Shown in pieces: positions 59,219 through 64,000 of a stretch of 64,000 bases of DNA; positions within the stretch are counted from its first letter, which is position 1; each line of letters starts with the position of its first letter. The DNA is from Candidatus Eiseniibacteriota bacterium. Lineage in GTDB: Bacteria; Arandabacterota; Arandabacteria; Arandabacterales; Arandabacteraceae. A model generated the notes under the pieces. That model ran no database searches. It had not been told where the DNA came from and saw nothing but the letters and a program-made list of their open reading frames with translations. The translations under genes were made by a program, and so were the position numbers. The stretch spans positions 64,001-128,000 of the forward strand of contig JBDRNT010000069.1 in the NCBI GenBank assembly GCA_043810925.1, read 5' to 3'.

Positions 59219-59247
59219 TTGCGGGGTTGGAGACAAAGTGGTAGGTT
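59219..59247 (+). promoter_or_regulatory. Sigma70-type promoter of rpmB
   Basis: TTGCGG-17-TAGGTT with TGn extension; AAGGAG SD downstream. Confidence 0.5.
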
Positions 59248-59277
59248 GGTGAGAGGTGAACAAGAAGGAGACCTACG

Positions 59278-59469
59278 ATGGCCAGAAGATGTGAAATCTG
59301 CGGGAAGGGCCCCATGTTCGGGAGCCGGGTCAGCCACGCACACAATGTCACAAACAGAAGGTGGAACCCCAACTTACAGCGAGTCAGGGTACGCGTTGCA
59401 GGAAAGACGAAGAAGATGTATGTGTGTACCCGATGCTTGAAGTCAGACGCTGTAGAGAAAGCACCCTAA
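59278..59469 (+). CDS. rpmB: 50S ribosomal protein L28 (zinc-ribbon type)
   Basis: [10 protein letters not shown]...[15 protein letters not shown]...VCTRCLKS. Confidence 0.97.
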   Translation: MARRCEICGKGPMFGSRVSHAHNVTNRRWNPNLQRVRVRVAGKTKKMYVCTRCLKSDAVEKAP

Positions 59470-59475
59470 TCCCGG

Positions 59476-60999
59476 CTATGAGGCATACTCGTCGAGAAGC
59501 CTCTTCTTTGAGACGCCGCTGTCGATGAAGTCCCAGGGAAGGGGCTTTCGTACATCCAGCGGTAAGTGAGGGTCCGGCACTTCGCTTTGCTTAAGCACCG
59601 CCCTGAGGCTGCGCTGTGTAACCGCTGCTTCCAGCAGGAAGGCCGAGAGTGACCTGTCTCCCCTCGCCAGTATGGCCTCGGTCCAGGCCTCATCAATCGA
59701 TCCAAGTTTGAGTGAGCATCCCGTGAAACGTCTTATCTTGCTCAGGATCTTGAACCGTCCCCTCAGTACCTTTCGCTCCGCAAAGGCGGCCCACTGGAGA
59801 GCCGTATGGGGCTTGGGGACAAATGGACCCACTGCCACCGCGAGCTTCGATTTCCCCCTTATGCACCGGAGTTCGGATACGAGCGATACAATGGCTTCGA
59901 CATCCTCGTCGGTCTCGCCCGGTAAACCGATCATGAAGTAGAGTTTTATGGTCCGGATCCCTGCAGCCGACAGGTATGAGACGGCATCAAAGATCTGCTG
60001 ACGTGTGATCCCCTTTCCTATGCGCCGACGAAGCCGGTCACTGCCGGTCTCAGGTGCAATTGCGATCGTTCTGACACCGCAAGCGGCAAGCATACCCGCG
60101 ATGTGTGCTGTCACCTGGTCGGCCCTCAGTGAAGATATCCCGACCCTGCGACCTTCACCCTCAAGCCACTCGACAATCGCCACGATGTCCGGATGATCCC
60201 CGACGGCGGTCCCCACGAGCCCCACTTTGGCGTGATCAGCACACCGCTCCAATACTGTCTCCCTGGATCTCATCCGGACCGGTCTGTAAAGATTGCCCGC
60301 CGCGCAGAAGCGGCATCCCCTGCCGCACCCCCGCCCGACTTCGACCAGGAACATTTGTCCGAAGTGAGAGACCTCCTGCCTCACCGGCTCAGCAGCTATC
60401 CTCCCGGTTTCCGTCCACACCCTCCGCACCACCTGCTGACCAAGTGAAGGGACATACACGCCTTCGATCTCACTTATCTCCTTAAGCAGATCCGCTCTTG
60501 ACCCGGCGCTGGCTCTGGCGCATTCCGCGGCTTCAAGCAACCGATCGACGACGACCTCGGCCTCGCCGACGACCGCGGCATCGATGAAATCGGCTACAGG
60601 CAGCGGGTTGGAGGACATTGTGAACCCGCCGCAAACGACCAGCGGGAAGACGGCGTTTCTTTCGGATGCCAACGGCGGTATGCCTGCTGCCTCGAGGAGT
60701 TCAGGTATATGGACGAAATCGTTCTCGTACGCGACCGAGAAAGCAGCTATATCAAAACTCCTGACCTCCGCCTGTGAAGCAAGCCCGAGCAACAGACCTT
60801 GCTTCCTTGAGACGACACTATCACCGCGGCCCTCAGGCAGGTATGACAGATCCGCCAGACCCAGTCTCTGCTTGAACATTTCAAAGACCTTGAGGAAACC
60901 GAGGCTGGCAAACGCGACTTTCCTGACGTTGGGATAAATAAGCACACCTGAGAGGCCGGGCAAGCCGGAAGGACCCGCCCGGGACGGTTTACGTCTCAA
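59476..60999 (-). CDS. Radical SAM protein with N-terminal B12-binding-like domain
   Basis: EVGRGCGRGCRFC, APETGS, KLYFMIGLPGET, FVPKPHT, LPWDFI; start uncertain (TTG 60999). Confidence 0.85.
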   Translation of the reverse strand: MRRKPSRAGPSGLPGLSGVLIYPNVRKVAFASLGFLKVFEMFKQRLGLADLSYLPEGRGDSVVSRKQGLLLGLASQAEVRSFDIAAFSVAYENDFVHIPELLEAAGIPPLASERNAVFPLVVCGGFTMSSNPLPVADFIDAAVVGEAEVVVDRLLEAAECARASAGSRADLLKEISEIEGVYVPSLGQQVVRRVWTETGRIAAEPVRQEVSHFGQMFLVEVGRGCGRGCRFCAAGNLYRPVRMRSRETVLERCADHAKVGLVGTAVGDHPDIVAIVEWLEGEGRRVGISSLRADQVTAHIAGMLAACGVRTIAIAPETGSDRLRRRIGKGITRQQIFDAVSYLSAAGIRTIKLYFMIGLPGETDEDVEAIVSLVSELRCIRGKSKLAVAVGPFVPKPHTALQWAAFAERKVLRGRFKILSKIRRFTGCSLKLGSIDEAWTEAILARGDRSLSAFLLEAAVTQRSLRAVLKQSEVPDPHLPLDVRKPLPWDFIDSGVSKKRLLDEYAS

Positions 61000-62659
61000 C
61001 GCTCTGCTTGCCGGTAGATGGCCTGTCGAGCACAAACGTTTGCTTCTCCGCAAGTGCTACGACGTTGTGGGGATCAATGGCCAGGACTTCCTCCACCTGT
61101 TTGAGAGCTTCATCCTCCCTGCCCACTCTCCGCAGGGCAAAACTGAGCGCAATCCTGGCATCTGTGAAGTTGCCGTTTATCTTGATTGCTTCATTGAACT
61201 CCTCGATGGCATCTTTGATATCTTCCTTGCTCAGGTATGCCTCTCCGAGTCTGCACCTGACATCGGCGAAACCCGGTGATGCATCCCTGGCTTGCTTCAG
61301 GTAGTCTATCGTTGCGCGTACGTCTCCGTTCGTCGTGGATATCTCTCCGAGATGGACCAGGGCCTCGGTATTGCCCGGGTCGAGCTGTACCGACTTCAGG
61401 AAGAGTTCACGGGCCCTCTCGGTATTGCCTTTGCGCAGATAGGCCACGCCCAACGTTGCGTATACAGATGCACTGGGAGTACCACCGAAGTTCCGGCGTT
61501 CAAGTACAGCCACCGCATCGTCGTAGTCACCCAGCCCCAACATCATATGGCCGGCAAGACCCATCTCTTTCTCGATATCCGTGTCGATCGATAGTGCACC
61601 GGTAAGCGCCTGCCTGGCCTCCTGTTCGCGCCCGAGGAAATACAGGCACACCGCGCTGTAGTACTTGGCACGGGCATAGTCGGGCAGAATGCTGAGGGCC
61701 TCTCTGAAGGCGGTGAGGGCCTCCTCCACGCGCCCCATCTTGAACAGGGCCAGACCCTTGCAGCAGTGAATGTCGGGATAACATGCCGCCAATGCAAGCG
61801 CGTTGTCGAATTGCTCGACTGCCTCGACATAACGGCCCTTGAGTATGAAAGCATTGCCCAGGTAGAAGAGAGCATCGACGTAGCGCGGGTTCAACTCCAG
61901 GGCTACCACCAGCTCGCGGACAGCATCGTCGACGCGGTTGTCTTCGAGATAGACGATCGCCAGCTTCACTCTGACATCCGCCCAGGTGGGTTTCTTTTCG
62001 CGCGCCTCCTCAAACTCGGCTACAGCGGCAGCGCGGTCGCCGTGATTGTAGGCCTCCACTCCCCTGTCGACATGCTCGTGGCTGACACGTCGCTCTTCCA
62101 CGATGCCTTTGAGATTGCCCAGCATCGTCTCAAGTGCCTGCACATGATACTTGCCCGACACGGGATGGGACGGCAGATTACCGGCCTCAAGACCCTGGTC
62201 GATCGCCGTCCTCAGCTGGGACTTCGCCTCCACCTGGTTGCCCAGCTCGTGAAGGCATATTGCCAGATGGCACCGGGCCTCGACGTACTCCGGGTTTATC
62301 TTGATTGCCTCACCCAGCTCAGCGGCCGCGTCCTCAAAGCGCCCCAGATTCTCATACCCCATGCCCAGGTAGTAGTGAAGGTCCGGATACTCGGGGTTGA
62401 CCTTGAGCGCCCTCTCAAACTCCACGAGGGCCTCCTCATAGTTCCCCTTCCTGTAGTGTACGAGACCTATGTTGGCCCGTGCCCTGGCGGCATAGAAAAC
62501 CCCAAGGTTGTAGTAAGGATTGCGGTGATCGCTTTTGCCCGATATCACCTTCTCAAACTCGGCCACAGCCTCCTCGTACTCCCCACTGCTGTAATGGTCC
62601 ATGCCTTTGAGGTAATGGTCATCCTTCTTTCCACCAAAGACCCTGTCGAGTAGCGACAT
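60989..62659 (-). CDS. Multi-TPR protein
   Basis: Many TPR units such as NPEYPDLHYYLG and NPRYVDALFYLG. Confidence 0.88.
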   Translation of the reverse strand: MSLLDRVFGGKKDDHYLKGMDHYSSGEYEEAVAEFEKVISGKSDHRNPYYNLGVFYAARARANIGLVHYRKGNYEEALVEFERALKVNPEYPDLHYYLGMGYENLGRFEDAAAELGEAIKINPEYVEARCHLAICLHELGNQVEAKSQLRTAIDQGLEAGNLPSHPVSGKYHVQALETMLGNLKGIVEERRVSHEHVDRGVEAYNHGDRAAAVAEFEEAREKKPTWADVRVKLAIVYLEDNRVDDAVRELVVALELNPRYVDALFYLGNAFILKGRYVEAVEQFDNALALAACYPDIHCCKGLALFKMGRVEEALTAFREALSILPDYARAKYYSAVCLYFLGREQEARQALTGALSIDTDIEKEMGLAGHMMLGLGDYDDAVAVLERRNFGGTPSASVYATLGVAYLRKGNTERARELFLKSVQLDPGNTEALVHLGEISTTNGDVRATIDYLKQARDASPGFADVRCRLGEAYLSKEDIKDAIEEFNEAIKINGNFTDARIALSFALRRVGREDEALKQVEEVLAIDPHNVVALAEKQTFVLDRPSTGKQSVET

Positions 62660-62669
62660 GTCCTACCCC

Positions 62670-63812
62670 CTAGTCACTGTGCCTCCTCATAAAAGCAGGA
62701 GTCTCGTAATCTACGTCGAGGCAGGCATCCACAGAGACCCTGGTTTCATTGTCGACTTCCGGGATGTCACGTCTCTTGAACGCCCTCTGGAGAAAACCGT
62801 TGCTGATCCTGCCGGGCTCACTATGGTCTCGCAGAGCCGATCTGTCCTCGGTCGAGCTCTTGCCAATCCCGGTTGCGATCACAGTCACTCTGATCTCATC
62901 GTTAAGGGTTTCGTCGATCGCTGTTCCGAAAATCACGTTCGCTTCGGACCCCGCGGCATCATAGATCGTATTCGCTGCATCGGATATCTCCGAGAGCGAC
63001 ATCAGGGGACCGCCCGTAACGTTTATCAACAGACCTTTAGCACCTGCGATGCTGACGTCGTCAAGAAGCGGACTGCGGAGAGCCCTATTTGCAGCTTCCT
63101 TCGCCCTGTCGTCTCCCGACGCACTGCCGGTACCCATGATCGCATCACCCATCTCGGACATTATCGTTCTTACATCGGCGAAATCAAGGTTGATCTCTCC
63201 GGGTATCGTTATGAGATCGGAAATGCCTCTGGTCGCCTTGAGAAGTATCTCATCCGCCAGGGCAAACGCGTCCAGGAGCGGCGTGTCCTTTGCAACCACC
63301 TGGAGGAGCTTCTGGTTCGGTATCCCGATTACAGTATCAACCTGTCTCTTCAACTCATTTATACCTTCTTGAGCCTGCTCCATCCTTCGCCTGCCCTCAA
63401 AGGCAAATGGTTTAGTGACTATCGCGACCGTCAGGGCTCCGGACCCCTTTGCAATCTCCGCGACGACCGGACTGGCACCGGTGCCCGTACCGCCACCCAT
63501 ACCCGCCGTGATAAATACCATGTCCGCTCCATCGACGACTTCACTCATTACGTCACGGTCTTCCTCGGCCGCACGTCTGCCGATGTCCGGATCGCCTCCG
63601 GATCCGAGCCCCTTGGTTATACGGCTGCCGATCTGGATCTTGGTACCGGCCGACGACTTTGTCAGGGCCTGGCAATCGGTGTTAACGGCGACAAACTCGA
63701 CACCCTGCAGATTCGAGAAGATCATACGGTTGACTGCATTGTTGCCTGCACCGCCGACGCCGATCACTTTCATCCTTGCATTGCCAACGTTCTCGATTTC
63801 GAATTGGATCAT
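62670..63812 (-). CDS. ftsZ: Cell division protein FtsZ
   Basis: GVGGAGNNAVNRM, GMGGGTGTG, NLDFAD, C-terminal ETPAFMRR. Confidence 0.98.
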   Translation of the reverse strand: MIQFEIENVGNARMKVIGVGGAGNNAVNRMIFSNLQGVEFVAVNTDCQALTKSSAGTKIQIGSRITKGLGSGGDPDIGRRAAEEDRDVMSEVVDGADMVFITAGMGGGTGTGASPVVAEIAKGSGALTVAIVTKPFAFEGRRRMEQAQEGINELKRQVDTVIGIPNQKLLQVVAKDTPLLDAFALADEILLKATRGISDLITIPGEINLDFADVRTIMSEMGDAIMGTGSASGDDRAKEAANRALRSPLLDDVSIAGAKGLLINVTGGPLMSLSEISDAANTIYDAAGSEANVIFGTAIDETLNDEIRVTVIATGIGKSSTEDRSALRDHSEPGRISNGFLQRAFKRRDIPEVDNETRVSVDACLDVDYETPAFMRRHSD

Positions 63813-63830
63813 TGAACCTCACCTCTGTTC

Positions 63831-64000
63831 CTAGAACACCGTACTAACCCATCTTCTCACTTTCACCAATACGTTTCCTAGTCCTCCCTGCGCGTCGACG
63901 GCGGTCACACCCCCTTTCACAATTACATTACCGGCGAAGTGTAGGAGACCTACACCCGTTGACATTCTCGGGTCATTGACGTATTCAACGAGGCCGCCGA
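63831..64000 (-). CDS. ftsA: Cell division protein FtsA, C-terminal fragment
   Basis: Manual translation GGLVEYVNDPRMSTGVGLLHFA...WVSTVF*; directly upstream of ftsZ. Confidence 0.8.
   Translation of the reverse strand, partial: GGLVEYVNDPRMSTGVGLLHFAGNVIVKGGVTAVDAQGGLGNVLVKVRRWVSTVF

Noticed and set aside
58825..59440. ORFs spanning the tandem repeat (e.g. 58825-59343, 58936-59244)
   Set aside because: No recognisable motifs or SD; they are explained by GC-rich repeat DNA and overlap rpmB or its promoter.

Overview
This is a chromosomal window from a diderm bacterium. The combination of PorU/PorV, a type IV pilus motor with PilS, and accA next to dnaE suggests an FCB-related, probably uncultured lineage (inference only). 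About 50 genes lie on the - strand and only two confident ones (a SurA/PpiD-type chaperone and rpmB) on the + strand. Left to right: pilS(partial)-pilC-pilT-pilB under a sigma54-type promoter, comEA, manC, cvpA, a nitroreductase, a TonB-dependent receptor plus an ECF S-component, PHP and TPR proteins, and hutI-hutU-thiC. Next is a ~16 kb envelope/secretion cluster (Omp85, SprA-like barrel, NHL lipoprotein, two paralogous membrane proteins, M6 protease with a T9SS-type CTD, porV, porU), followed by accA, dnaE, an M23 peptidase and tatA. The right half holds a pan/fol cluster with a PanC-GlmU(N) fusion, slipin/nfeD, recG, a decayed gene, tag, an SGNH hydrolase, rpmB, a radical SAM protein, a TPR protein, ftsZ and the end of ftsA. 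I found no tRNA, rRNA, CRISPR array, transposase or integrase. Most notable are: (1) a 281-bp segment bounded by 28-bp inverted repeats that carries a promoter pointing away from the ECF-S/TonB receptor genes (candidate invertible promoter); (2) a four-copy structured intergenic repeat with an invariant CGCAAGCGAATG core; (3) a compact T9SS-like operon with a half-size SprA-like protein; (4) the PanC-nucleotidyltransferase fusion. All product calls come from motif recognition, not database searches.
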